A stretch of DNA of 64,000 bases, taken from NCBI GenBank assembly GCA_964188305.1, contig OZ076890.1; one strand, given 5' to 3'. A model generated the notes under the pieces. The model did no database searches. It had not been told where the DNA came from and saw only the letters and a program-made list of their open reading frames with translations. This stretch comes from Podarcis bocagei. Taxonomy: Eukaryota. Of the stretch, positions 1 to 12,700 are shown one piece after another; position 1 is the stretch's first letter; each line of letters opens with the position of its first letter. The translations under genes and the position numbers were made by a program.

Positions 1-58
1 ATCACTTCCTGCTAGCCTTGATGGCTAAAGAAACCTCCAGGATTAAATATAGCATTGC

Positions 59-59
59 C

Positions 60-134
<75 letters not shown>
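59..134. repeat. Compound (GT)n(GA)n(GT)n microsatellite
   Basis: Seen directly. Confidence 0.95.
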
Positions 135-245
135 TTTTAGTGCATGGTTTGAAGGCTCTCCAGGGGCATCTATTGGGAGACCAAATGCTGGACTAGGTGG
201 ACCTTTCACCTGAAGGAGAAGAAATCTTCTTAAGTGAAATCTTAC

Positions 246-436
246 CTGCTGAATTTTTCTGCTTGACACAGTGAATAGAGGTACGCTGTGTCCTGGGATG
301 AAGCAGAAGCAGAAGGATGGGTTCCAGAATTCGTGCAACATCATTAAGTGACAGCGCTCGTATCAACCAACCCTGTGCAGCAGCACCAATAGCTCCATCC
401 GAATTATTAAGACTGTCCAACACAACGAACAGAGAC
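246..436 (-). CDS. DOP1B: DOP1B coding exon 17
   Basis: [30 protein letters not shown]...KQKNSA; 191 nt. Confidence 0.95.
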
Positions 437-694
437 CTGGATGGAGAAATTACAGTAATATTTGTTCAAGGTGACAAGGCTAGAATTATGTTAAAATGTT
501 GAGCTGGAAGACTAGTTTACAAAAAGAGACACACATTTTAAAAATAGCTTTTCCAGCAATAGTAACCTTCTCTGCCTTCTTCAATTTGTTTGTTAAGGAC
601 CAGCAGCAGAAAATGAAACCTCTATGGTGGTGTTGTGAACACAAGAATCTTTGAATTGGAGAAAAAGGTGAATGTTGTTTGTGTATGTGTGTGT

Positions 695-734
<40 letters not shown>

Positions 735-3700
735 GGATGTTCACTTCAAGTAGGGAAGAAGCTATGGCTGGCCTGCAATAATGGGTTGAAAGCAAGCTTA
801 AGTGTGCAAATGTGGGAGGTTTCTGTATAGAGTTATAGGAAAACAAGCTAAGCACAATGTTAAAGATGCCCATCAAAGAACAACAACAATACTTTTTGGC
901 TTAAGTACATTTTGGGTACATATGAAACTGTAGTCTTTTCAGTTCAATGACCAAAAGTAAATGTAATTTAAACCTACACCATCAAAATAGACATAAAAGT
1001 AATAGCAATACCTATCAAAAGAGCGATTGTGGGAAGTGACTCTGCTGCCTTGGATTTCTCTGGTCAAATGCCACATGACAGAGAACCGGAACAGTGCCTC
1101 CAGCCTTGTCCCCTTAGGAGGAAAGAAACCCAAAGCAAAATCAGAACAAAAAGAATGTTTATGAGCTAGTTTGATATATTCAACTACATAGATTTAAAAT
1201 TGCAGCCTTGCAGCCTACATAAATTAGTGATAATTATGGAAAGACAAGAATATGCTGATGAATGTCCACTTGCCCCTCAATACAAGAAAAATGTTTGAGA
1301 TCTCTTTGGAAATAGCAGTAGTCAGAATGAAATGAATCATTATATTCTTCTAAAAGCTTAGCTCTATTTCCTTTTAGTTTGAGAAATATGAAGCCTTGAT
1401 GGAACGATTATAGTGAACATGTGGCTACTTATGCTTCCAAAAATGAAGAAAATCACTGTATTGTTAGCAAGTAGGCTGGTTAATTAAATCTGCTCTTCAT
1501 TATCCAGTTAATTACATCTACTCCTCAAAACCCAGAAGGAGGGATAAAATATAAACTGTGGTTTGAGGAAAGGCTTCTCAGTCCTTGTCCTAATGAGCTA
1601 CCCAAAGTGCTTGCCAACCTAGGGCTACAGGTAGCCTATGCAGTGTAAGAAGGAAGATTTTGACCAATATTTACTCAAGAGGGATAGGAGACTAGTCCAA
1701 GAGTGGAGCTGAGACAGCATCTGTCTACTGGACAGAAGAGCCACATTTAACAGGGCAGCCGCCAAAGAACTGTCTGAAACTGCATGAAACCAATGGCTGA
1801 TTCAGTTTAGGACTGCCTACTCTGGTTGGAAGCAACTCTTCAGGAGTTTCCAATTGGTTTGTCAATGCTCCATTACTCAAGACACATTTTGTTTTTTCAG
1901 ACTGGACATGCCATGGATTGAGCCCGTGACCTTCAACATGCAAGGCATATGTTCCACCACACACAACTGATCTTCCTTAATCTTCTCGCACCTTTTTATT
2001 TATTTTTAAACAATATCAATCTGGGGTCTAATGGAGTCCCTTAAAAGTCTTAGCAGAAAGGAATGTTAATCACAGTTTTCAAAACAACTCCAGTTTAACA
2101 TAAAATATATTTCACTGATATTCCAAAAACATAAGGTGGTATCTAACCCGTGCACCCTATCAAGCAAAGATTTCTATTCGGGCAAAGGTACTTTCTCCCT
2201 TCTATACACATGCTCCCCCCAAAATCTGTTCTAGGAGTGATTGTGATCTGCCCCGCCTAACAAAACTAGGGTGCTGTGTTAGGCTATACAAGCTTTAATA
2301 AACCTTACTTTATCATGATCCAGCAATGCATGGCAGATAATGTCTTCACAGATATTAGCAGATGGAGCTAGGCAATGAAGACGGTAGAACAGCTCTACAC
2401 AAGTGTTGTGATGCTCTCTCGTCTCTTTGTTTAGCTGATTCCAAAGCACTTGAGCAACTCTCTGTAGTGAAATTAAAAAGAAAATAAAAAACCACACTTT
2501 CAGGCAGGTTTAAAGGAATCTGTGTTACTGAAAATAGTTCATGGTTTTCTATACCACACACCATCATACAGCACCATGTTTATTAATGCAATCAAAAGAT
2601 AATGTGAACACAGAAAACAGTACACCTCGAGTCAAACTATGCCATTTGATAGGGCAAAAATGCATTTCACAGTAGCTAGGTATTAATACCCTTAACATAC
2701 ACAGCGCCACCCCACACCCCTATACAGCAGAATAATCTAGGTGATGAATACCACTGGAAAGCATATTTGTTTTAAAGGGCAGTTAAGATATAATAATTTC
2801 TTTAAAATGTTACAATTTCTTTCTTTCCAAGTTCACTTTGTTGTAGTGCAAAGCAAGTCAGCGCACTCTCATCGCACATAAACTCCCTGCCCCACTGCAG
2901 CAGGCAAGGAAGAATTACAGAATTTGGGTGCCTCAACTTGCACGAGCAGAATCATTTTCTGCTAAAGCAAAGCCCCCACAGGATATGCGTGTGCATTAAT
3001 ATACTTCTTGTTTTGTATTTTTACTAGTTCTATGCGACTGTGAAGCAAAGTTGAATACAGAATTGTTTCTAAGGATTATTTGTAAGTGCTTTTCAAAGTT
3101 AACACGGCAATGATTTGTACTTCAGCAGGACGTGTCTATTTACTTTCTTGGCCGGTTGAATTGATTTGGCCAACAGCACTGGAGAATGGAATGCTGAGCT
3201 ACCTTCACCCTGAATAGAGTTTGGTTTTTGTACCTCTAGTGAGTATCATCCCATGCTATTTCTGCAAGTTGATGTATTTTCCTTTCCTTTCCTTTCCCCA
3301 CCCCATAATACCATTACGGCTGCTCTTCCAGGGTCGCAGTTGCCATTTTGTTTAAGAGGCCCAAGTGCTAGATAGAATCAAGTAAACAACATTAAGCCAC
3401 TTGCACATTACAAGCATTCCATTTCCATGGAAACAACAATGCCCAACACATTGTTTATAATGCAGTTTATAAGTTTATAATGCAGCTTGGCGTGCATTTT
3501 AGTACATTACCTGGTAGAAATCAGTTTTTTCCGAAATAAGTTTGAGAACCCCATGTGCAATAGGAGGAACTGTGACCATCTGCAGCCTTCCAAAGAAGGG
3601 GTTCTGCCCAGGAACTTTATACCGCTTTACTCGGTCTTCAATAACCAGTGCCAATGATTGGGATTGGTTAATTACTTCTAGCAGTACAGAGATGGACACA

Positions 3701-6700
3701 TTCTGAATGTGGCAGTCATTGACACAGCAACATATTGTCATCAGGGATTTGAGCCACAGGGGAAAACTGGATTCACAGCCACCTGAGGAGAGCAGACAAA
3801 TAGTTTTACCTCCAGTTTTAGTACAATCGTTATTCGGAACAGTTTGTCCCCTTGACAAACATTTATTATTTAACATATGCAAGTGCCACAAAATGTTACA
3901 ATGCATCCTTCACCTATGAGTGCATAGGTACTTTCGGAGCTAGCCAACCTGACTGGAAGAATCCGCGACCAGGAGGAGGAGGATTATCAGGAAGAATGGA
4001 TGAAATTTAAAGACTATTTAGTTAAATATGTAATTTGAAAAGCTTGTAAATACCAGATAGGCTTAGGATTTTAATATGTAATGTGATGAATTAATATGTT
4101 GTAATGCTGAATTGAAAAGAGAGAAAGATGTTAAGTGAATAAATTAATTTTATAAGAATATTGGTGTTGGGAAACCGTTAAAATGATATACACTGAAATT
4201 CAACCAGGGGGATACAAGGAAGTCACTTAACAATGTCACTAAGTTTGGTTTAAATATAGTGAAGATTTATGTTTGTTTGTTCACTTGTTTGTTTGTTTGT
4301 TTGAATTTTTTTTTGAAAAACCAATATTTTTTAAAAAATAATAATAATAATATGAGTGCATAGGTACATAGGAAGCTGCATTTAGATCAGTGTTGTCTAC
4401 ACTGCTTGGCAGCAGCTCTAGGGGACATTCCCAGAACTGCCCAGAAATGCTGGGGATTGATTATGGGGACTTCTGTCTGCAAAACAGATGCTCTGCCCTT
4501 CTCTAATATAGATGTGATCCTGCTCAGGATTCTAGCCAGCCCAGCCATTCCTTTCCCCCCCACAAGCACCACTTTCCTTTCTAACCAACAGTCAACATTC
4601 TTTAGTTATTCAACATGTTTAGTCCACTTTGGGCTGCTTTGGGGTTGCTTTTTATCCCATTAAAGTTTTTTTAAAATATATTTTTGTACTTTCTCCAAAC
4701 AAACTGATATTTCTGTCTTCTTTCTTAAGAGCCCTGGCGGTACACACAACCTAAAGAACATTACTAGGTAAGTACATTACATTGCTAGACACATTACTAA
4801 ACAAGATGATAGAAGTATCAACCCATTTTTCATCTGAAAGTCATTGGCCAATTGTGCATGGGAAATGCAAATTAGACAGGGATCTCATCCAGACCTCAAC
4901 ATGCCAAGCCGAAGAAAGCAACCAAGGTATGAATGCACATTTACCTAGCAACAAGTCCAACTATGCTCAGTGGGACTTACTCCTAGGTAAATATGCATTG
5001 GAATGCAGTCAAAGAGCACAAGCTCTTTCAGAAAACATCACTTTAACGAAATACTGGCAAATCTGAGATTGTGCCTATTTGATCCTTTAACCTTCAATCT
5101 GCCCAACACATACCTGGCTATCCTTTCTTCACTCAGGGCTTTATTTGCTCTTTGCCAGCACTCTGAAAGCCACATGCCCTAGGCCTTAACTGGTCCTTGC
5201 CCTACACTTACAAATTTACAGCCCTATCACATTACTATTTTTGCACAATTCTAATGGAAGATTATTGAATACACAACACTGCCTTATTATGTACTCTTCT
5301 GCAAATTATAATGTTCCTCTTACCAGGCACTTGAAAGAGAGACAAATGGAGCTCCTCAGTTTCCTCCTCAGAAAGATAAACAGGGAATGTAGTACAATCC
5401 AATAAGAGGTAGCACATAGCTGCAAAGGCCTCTCTACAGTCTTCTCTCATATCTCCCAAGTCAAGCATAACTTGGTCAATGTCCCATTCTTCTTCCTTTT
5501 TCCCCCTTTCACCACCAAGCTCTTCTGAAGGAGATGGAGGATCCAGATCTTTCTGTTTAAAAGATGACGCTCGGACAGTGAATAGGTCTGTTAGCATCTG
5601 CTTAAACTGAGGCACAGTTATTTGCTTGGAGTCCCATGAGCTCCTTTTCTTGGAAATATTTCCAGCAGCTTGATAATGATTTCCTTTTTTCTCCCCTTGT
5701 CTTGAATGCACTGACAGAACACTGCCATTACTGGGATCTTGTAGATGAACGACAAATACATATTTGCTGGCAAATTTTGCCACCAGCTCCTGGATGCACT
5801 GCAAGGTCTTCTGCATGCTTCCACCCTTTTTCCAGACATCATCTTTCTCAGGAGTTACCCTAGGTATTCTCAAGTGCTGAGAGAACTCTGGGGATGAAGT
5901 GCTAAGGCCTATACCACTGTCTTCAGACTTGAGTGGAGGAAAAAGAGCGTCATCTTCATTCTGGAGCACTTTGGATTCTGTAGTCAGTTCCTGGTTTTCT
6001 TCCCCCGTGGGGCTCTGAAATAACGCAAAGATGTGGAGCCAAATGTGAATGTTCAGGTTTACTCTATACAAAAACCATACATGAATAACATTAAAACATC
6101 CTTGCATGTTTTAACTGCATGTTTTAACAAACAAGATGAATTTTAACAGGGAGAAATGTAAAGTATTGCACTTGGGCAAAAAAAATGAGAGGCACAAATA
6201 CAAGATGGGTGACACCTGGCTTGAGAGCAGTACATGTGAAAAGGATCTAGGAGTCTTGGTTGACCACAAACTTGACATGAGCCAACAGTGTGACGCAGCA
6301 GCTAAAAAAGCCAATGCAATTCTGGGCTGCATCAATAGGAGTATAGCATCTAGATCAAGGGAAGTAATAGTGCCACTGTATTCTGCTCTGGTCAGACCTC
6401 ACCTGGAGTACTGTGTCCAGTTCTGGGCACCACAGTTCAAGAAGGACACTGACAAACTGGAACGTGTCCAGAGGAGGGCAACCAAAATGGTCAAAGGCCT
6501 GGAAACGATGCCTTATGAGGAACGGCTAAGGGAGCTGGGCATGTTTAGCCTGGAGAAGAGGAGGTTAAGGGGTGATATGATAGCCATGTTCAAATATATA
6601 AAAGGATGTCACATAGAGGAGGGAGAAAGGTTGTTTTCTGCTGCTCCAGAGAAGCGGACACGGAGCAATGGATCCAAACTACAAGAAAGAAGATTCCACC

Positions 6701-9700
6701 TAAACATGAGGAAGAACTTCCTGACAGTAAGAGCTGTTCGACAGTGGAATTTGCTGCCAAGGAGTGTAGTGGAGTCTCCTACTTTGGAGGTCTTTAAGCA
6801 GAGGCTTGACAACCATATGTCAGGAGTGCTCTGATGGTGTTTCCTGCTTGGCAGGGGGTTGGACTCGATGGCCCTTGTGGTCTCTTCCAACTCTAGGATT
6901 CTATGATTCTATGATTCTATGTTTCAAATGCTGGTAAAAACTTTTTCTATTCCATCAGGCTTGTGCAAGCAAAAAGAAATATATACTTCCACAACAGCTA
7001 TCCAATTTCTGATGTAAACCTTTTATCATGGAACTTTGGAGTGTCAGGCATAGCCCTACTGGCTTTAGCCCAAACGTAGCAGAGTTTTCCTGCACAGCGA
7101 GGAAGCTAGTTGCGGCGGTAATGACTAGTCAGCTAGACTCAGAATAACTATTTACAGGATTTATTAAAAGGAAAAATAAAACCAGCAGAGTTTCTGCATA
7201 CAAATAAAAGCAAAAAAAACCCTCTCTTTCTCTCTCTCAAAACCATACACAGCACTTCTAACTCCTAACACACCTCACATCAAACTGTGCTAGCATTCCC
7301 TAGATAACAGAGTAGAGTGCTGCTCGTTAACCAATCAGAGTGAGTAGTTTTCTAGGTCAAGCAGACCTGGGCTTTCTGCCAAGAGTAAATTGACACCAGC
7401 TTGAGTTAATTGGTGAAGCTAGAATCTGCAAGTTTCCCACGAGAACCAATTAACAGAAACTGAAACCGAAACTGAACACCCCCTCACAGATTCTGCTGAA
7501 CAATTAACTCCAAATACACCTATGTAGGAGATTATTTTTCCAGCAAACCTAAACCCTTGCACATTCGCCTGTTCTTTACCTTTGCCAATGGTTTAGTTAA
7601 CACATCTGCTACATTTTCTTCACTTGATACATAAGTACAGGTGATTACATTGTCTTGTACACAGCAACGTACATTTTGGTATTTTACAGAGATATGTTTG
7701 GAACGCGATTTGAAACCCTCTGTTTTACTTAAGGTTATACAAGCTTGATTATCAATGTAAACTTGTACTGGTTCTCCACAATTTACATTTAAATCTGCCA
7801 TCAAATGCTTGAAATAAATCACCTCGTTGCACAATTCACTCAATGCGGCGTACTCTGATTCCGTTGATGACACACTTACAACGTCTTGCTTGCGTGACCG
7901 CCAGCTGATTAAAGCTCCACCGACCATTATGACTAGTCCTGTGACAGATTTTCTATCCGGCAAATTTCCCCAGTCACTATCACAGTAGCAACTCAACATT
8001 TCATCCTCTGAAGAATTTAATTGTAACATATAGCCAATTGTCTGTTTGAGGTACCTCAGAACTTGTTTTACCCCTTTCCAGGCATTTAGTGTGGGTTTTG
8101 AGACCAATCTACTTAATATGCCTACTGCATAGCTAATATCAGGTCTGGACCACTGTGCTATATACAATAAACTTCCAATTACAGAGTGATATACATCAGG
8201 GTGTTCAAATTCAGGACTCTCATCTATATGGAGTGTTTTTATGAAACCTGGATCCATAGGCACCGCTGCCCCTTTGCAATCCTGCATCCTGTATATAGTC
8301 AGTAGTTGTTTAACTTTGTTCTGCTGACTAATTAGGCAGCTGCCATCTTGGGCCCAGCACACTTCCAACCCTAGATATGTCCTAACCGGGCCTAAGTCTT
8401 TTGTACACCCACCTGCAGCCTACAATCTTTGCCCCCTCAGGCGCTGCTACTGGTGTAAAAACCTTGTGCTCATTCAGAGAGGACATCTCTTCCTCCATTG
8501 CCTGTTTCCAGCGCTCTGCCTCCTCTTTTGGTAACTTTAACACCTCCTGAAAACTCTTGGGTTCTGCACTTACACTAAACACATTTGCAGTATCAGGAGA
8601 AAAACGCACTGGAGGCACTCCTTTGTTTTGTCTTTTAGATCTTCTGGGAGAAAATTTTTCTTCTGACCCACTTTCCTCCTCAGAACTACGACCTCTCTTT
8701 TGTTGCTTAGCAACTGGTCTTCCACTTTCTTGAGAGCTCTTATCTGAACTTTCCTCCCCCTCAGACTCTGATTCTCTGTGTTTACCTTCAGAGTCATGAA
8801 GCTCCTGGGAAGGTTCAAACCAAACCTCAGTATTGGCATGTAGTCTCTCCCAGCCACTATGTTCACAAAAACTGGCATTCCTGGAGATCACAATGCCATT
8901 TGTCCCTTCAGCAAAGCGGAAACCTTTTCCCAGCTCCTGGTAACCCACAAACACTAACTGTTTGGTCTTAGGATCTCCCTTCTTCCTCATTTGTTTCGGA
9001 ATTAATACCCAGGCTTTTGATCCAAACACATGCAAATGGTCAATTTTAGGTTTTTTCTGAAACAATTTAAAGTACGGGGTTGTACCTATTGTTTGATGAA
9101 AGAGCCTATTTTGGAGATAACACGCGGTGAGCATGCTCTCCCCCCAATAAGACATGGGTAAATCAGCATCATCAAGCATGGCAAACATCATATCTTGTAA
9201 AGATCTGTTTTTTCGCTCTGCAACACCATTCTCCTCTGGGGAAAAAACGTTCGTTTTTCTATGCCCAATGCCACACTTTTGTAACCAATCTTTAAAGGCA
9301 TTTGACATAAATTCGCCACCTCTGTCCGTCTGAATCCTTTTGAGTTTAACAGACAGAAATCTTTCCACAGATGCCACCCAGCCTTTAAACTTAGTGAACA
9401 CGTCACCCTTATTCTTCATGGGAAAAACCCAAGAATAACGCGTGGCGTCATCCACAATTGTTAGTGAAAAACGCGATCCACCCCTGCTTACAGCAAATGG
9501 ACCAATTACGTCCATGTGAACCAGCTGTAGCGGTGCCTCACTAACTCTGTCACTTCTGGGGTAAGAGACTCTGTGGGTTTTAACCTTTTTACAAACGTTA
9601 CAATCAAGGTACTTGTTACAACTCTTTAAATTACCCCCATCAGCCAATTCAGACATTTTTAGTACACTTTTCCAGCAAGCATGCCCCATTTTCCTATGCA

Positions 9701-12700
9701 ATAAGTGCACACAGTTGTCATGTATAGCTTTGTTATCAGGCTGAGATTTACTGACTACTGCTGCAACTTGAGATCCTGCTTTAAGCCAAAACAAGCCTCC
9801 CTCTGACTTAGCAGTGCCTAAAATCTCACCAGCCTTCTTAATAATGCAACTGTCTCCTTCAAAATACACTTTAAACCCAGCTTTTAGCAAACAATCTACA
9901 GACATCAGATTGCTCCTTAATGACGGCACACAAAGTACATTTTGCAGGCATTCACGAAGACAAGGAACATAAACTGCACCCCCCGAAATCACTTCGGAAG
10001 TACTTCCGTCTGCTAGAGCCACCTGGCTGCGCTGTGCTGAGTTCTTGGAAACAAACAATTCATCTGAATTCACGATGTGGCGAGACGCTCCCGAATCGAC
10101 CACCCAGACCGCTTGTTTCTCATCAGCAATCTTGACCTCGCCGGTCACCAGCTGAGCCGACTGTTTTCGTTTGAAGAATTTCTTTTTACGTTGCTGCTGC
10201 TGCTGATCTCGTCTCTGCTCCTGCACCGGCAACTGAGACTTGACCAACTCCGGACATTGTCGTTTTAGATGCGCTGAAGACCCACATCGGAAACAACGCC
10301 TAACAGCAAACGCTGACTCCTCACCAGTACGCTGCTTTTGCTTCACCTCTGGCACGGCATGAGAACTCCTTCCAAACCGTCCACCAGTAGAAGCCTCTGC
10401 AGCCACCGACCTTTCTTGCCTCTTCTGCCATTCTTCAATCAAACGCCCAGTAACGTAACTGACTGATAAATCAGGCTCCTGTATGCCTTCTAGAGACAAA
10501 ACTAAATTATCCCAGCTTTCCAGGAGAGAACTCAAAATAATAGCCACCTTCTCCTGCTGGTCTAATGCACAGTCTCTTTCCTGTAGCGCAGAAAACTTTA
10601 ACTGTAAACTGTGTAGGTGTTCTTGCATTGTAACCCCAGGCTGTAACATTGCCTTGTACAATGCCTTGCGAATGAACAGCTTGGAAACCGCTGTCTCACG
10701 CACATGGAGTTCTTTAAGTGCTTGCCACACACCTCTAGCTGTCTTGATTCCCCTCACATACGGCAACTGGGAATCTTCCAGCCCCAAGACAATTGTGGCC
10801 CTTGCTCTTTGGTCTTTATCGAGGTCTTCATCATCAGGCTTCGTAGGAAACTTACTCACCACCTGCCAGAGACGATCCCTCTGCAGCACTGCCTGCATGC
10901 GTTCCGACCACAGCAAGTAATTGGAGTCATTCAGACGCTCAAAAGCCATCTGAACTGGTTGTGAGGCCATCTTGAGAGCGATGTCCCTGGAACCCGGAAC
11001 CAGCTACTCACGACCACCGAGAGAGAAAACAGGAACCACAACACCCAGCACTCACACGCTGCAGCTGTTGTCCTTGAGTCCGCTGCGTCACCAGCTCACC
11101 ACGGTCAGGAACCAGCCAGAGAACAACAACTTCTGGAACTACTGGAACCAACGCCGTTGATGCTGACACCACCGCAACTCAGGCTGGCAGCACAATACCC
11201 ATAACCTCATGGAACTTTGGAGTGTCAGGCATAGCCCTACTGGCTTTAGCCCAAACGTAGCAGAGTTTTCCTGCACAGCGAGGAAGCTAGTTGCGGCGGT
11301 AATGACTAGTCAGCTAGACTCAGAATAACTATTTACAGGATTTATTAAAAGGAAAAATAAAACCAGCAGAGTTTCTGCATACAAATAAAAGCAAAAAAAA
11401 CCCTCTCTTTCTCTCTCTCAAAACCATACACAGCACTTCTAACTCCTAACACACCTCACATCAAACTGTGCTAGCATTCCCTAGATAACAGAGTAGAGTG
11501 CTGCTCGTTAACCAATCAGAGTGAGTAGTTTTCTAGGTCAAGCAGACCTGGGCTTTCTGCCAAGAGTAAATTGACACCAGCTTGAGTTAATTGGTGAAGC
11601 TAGAATCTGCAAGTTTCCCACGAGAACCAATTAACAGAAACTGAAACCGAAACTGAACATTTATATGGTTTTTATTGTATGGCTTTATGTACAGTTGTGA
11701 ACCACTTTGCTATTTTCTTTATAGGCATATAAATATTTTTATAAGTAAATGAACAGATGTGGGGTTGAACACTGCCTTACATGAAACAAAGACACATATC
11801 TGGTAGAAAACAGTGGGGATTTATATTTGTCTGGAACTATCCTTGTGCTATTCAAATGCAAAGGCATATTCTGCTTTAAGTATTACACAAATTCAGATGT
11901 TATGGAGAAAGAGAGCTGAGTTTCAGTGTACTGATGCCATTTTGCCCTCATGAATGTTCCCAGCAGCTTCACATCAATATTAAATACCATTTGAAATAAA
12001 ACAGTGCAGCATCCCTTAGTGTAACCACCAGGGGGCAAAAAAAGCAATCTCTTAATACAACTTTCTGGACTTGGTCCTGTAGATAGGATCAGAATCAGTG
12101 TAACACAGAATCCCCATCCGATGGAGCTGGTCCAGGAGCATATCTCTGTCTGTGGTACTGAAAGCCACAAGAGAAGCAGGAGCAAGGTTGCTCCCTGTAA
12201 AAGTCAAACTCTCCACTACCTTCCCTGAGAAGTGGATATTTGTAGCGGTTGATAGTTATTCCAATATTAATATTACTATAGCAAAATACTGTACTGAAGC
12301 ACCTACACCTCTCATCATGTATGAGACTGAATATTTAGCCTTTTGGGCCAAGTGCAGAAAGCCACCATAAGCATCAGACTCTTGACATGACAAGTCAAAC
12401 TGAATATTTGTGTTATTTGCAAGAAACATAGTACTGATACCTAGATTAATACTTAGGATAGTGGGGTGGGGGGGAGGCGAAGCGTCCCATTACAGCATAA
12501 GAACTACAGTACAGCATAATGAATGACCACATTAACAATCTGATTAATCAATTCACAAAATTTATTATAGACATAAACTCATCTCTTAATACCTACAGTG
12601 TCTGAGCTTCCTGTATCAGTACCTAGGTAGGCAGGGGGCATCTGCACTTTGCTAAGTACTTTGAAGCATGTCCTTAAGGCATGAGTGAGCTCTGGTAAAC

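Larger units (their letters stand above)
7027..11659 (-). mobile_element. Ty1/copia LTR retrotransposon with internal RT deletion
   Basis: 452-bp LTRs (7027-7478, 11208-11659) that appear identical, TTTAT flanking duplication, PBS GGTTATGGG, PPT GAGGGGG, and gag-PR-IN-RT-RNaseH order. Confidence 0.96.

Noticed and set aside
8368-8400. Programmed frameshift or readthrough between the two copia ORFs
   Set aside because: The break is inside RT and the conserved core motifs including YVDD are missing, so it is a deletion
11079-11096. Copia leader segment resembling the 5' end of initiator tRNA-Met (AGCTGGTGACGCAGCGGA on the minus strand)
   Set aside because: Short, gapped and same-sense match that could easily be chance
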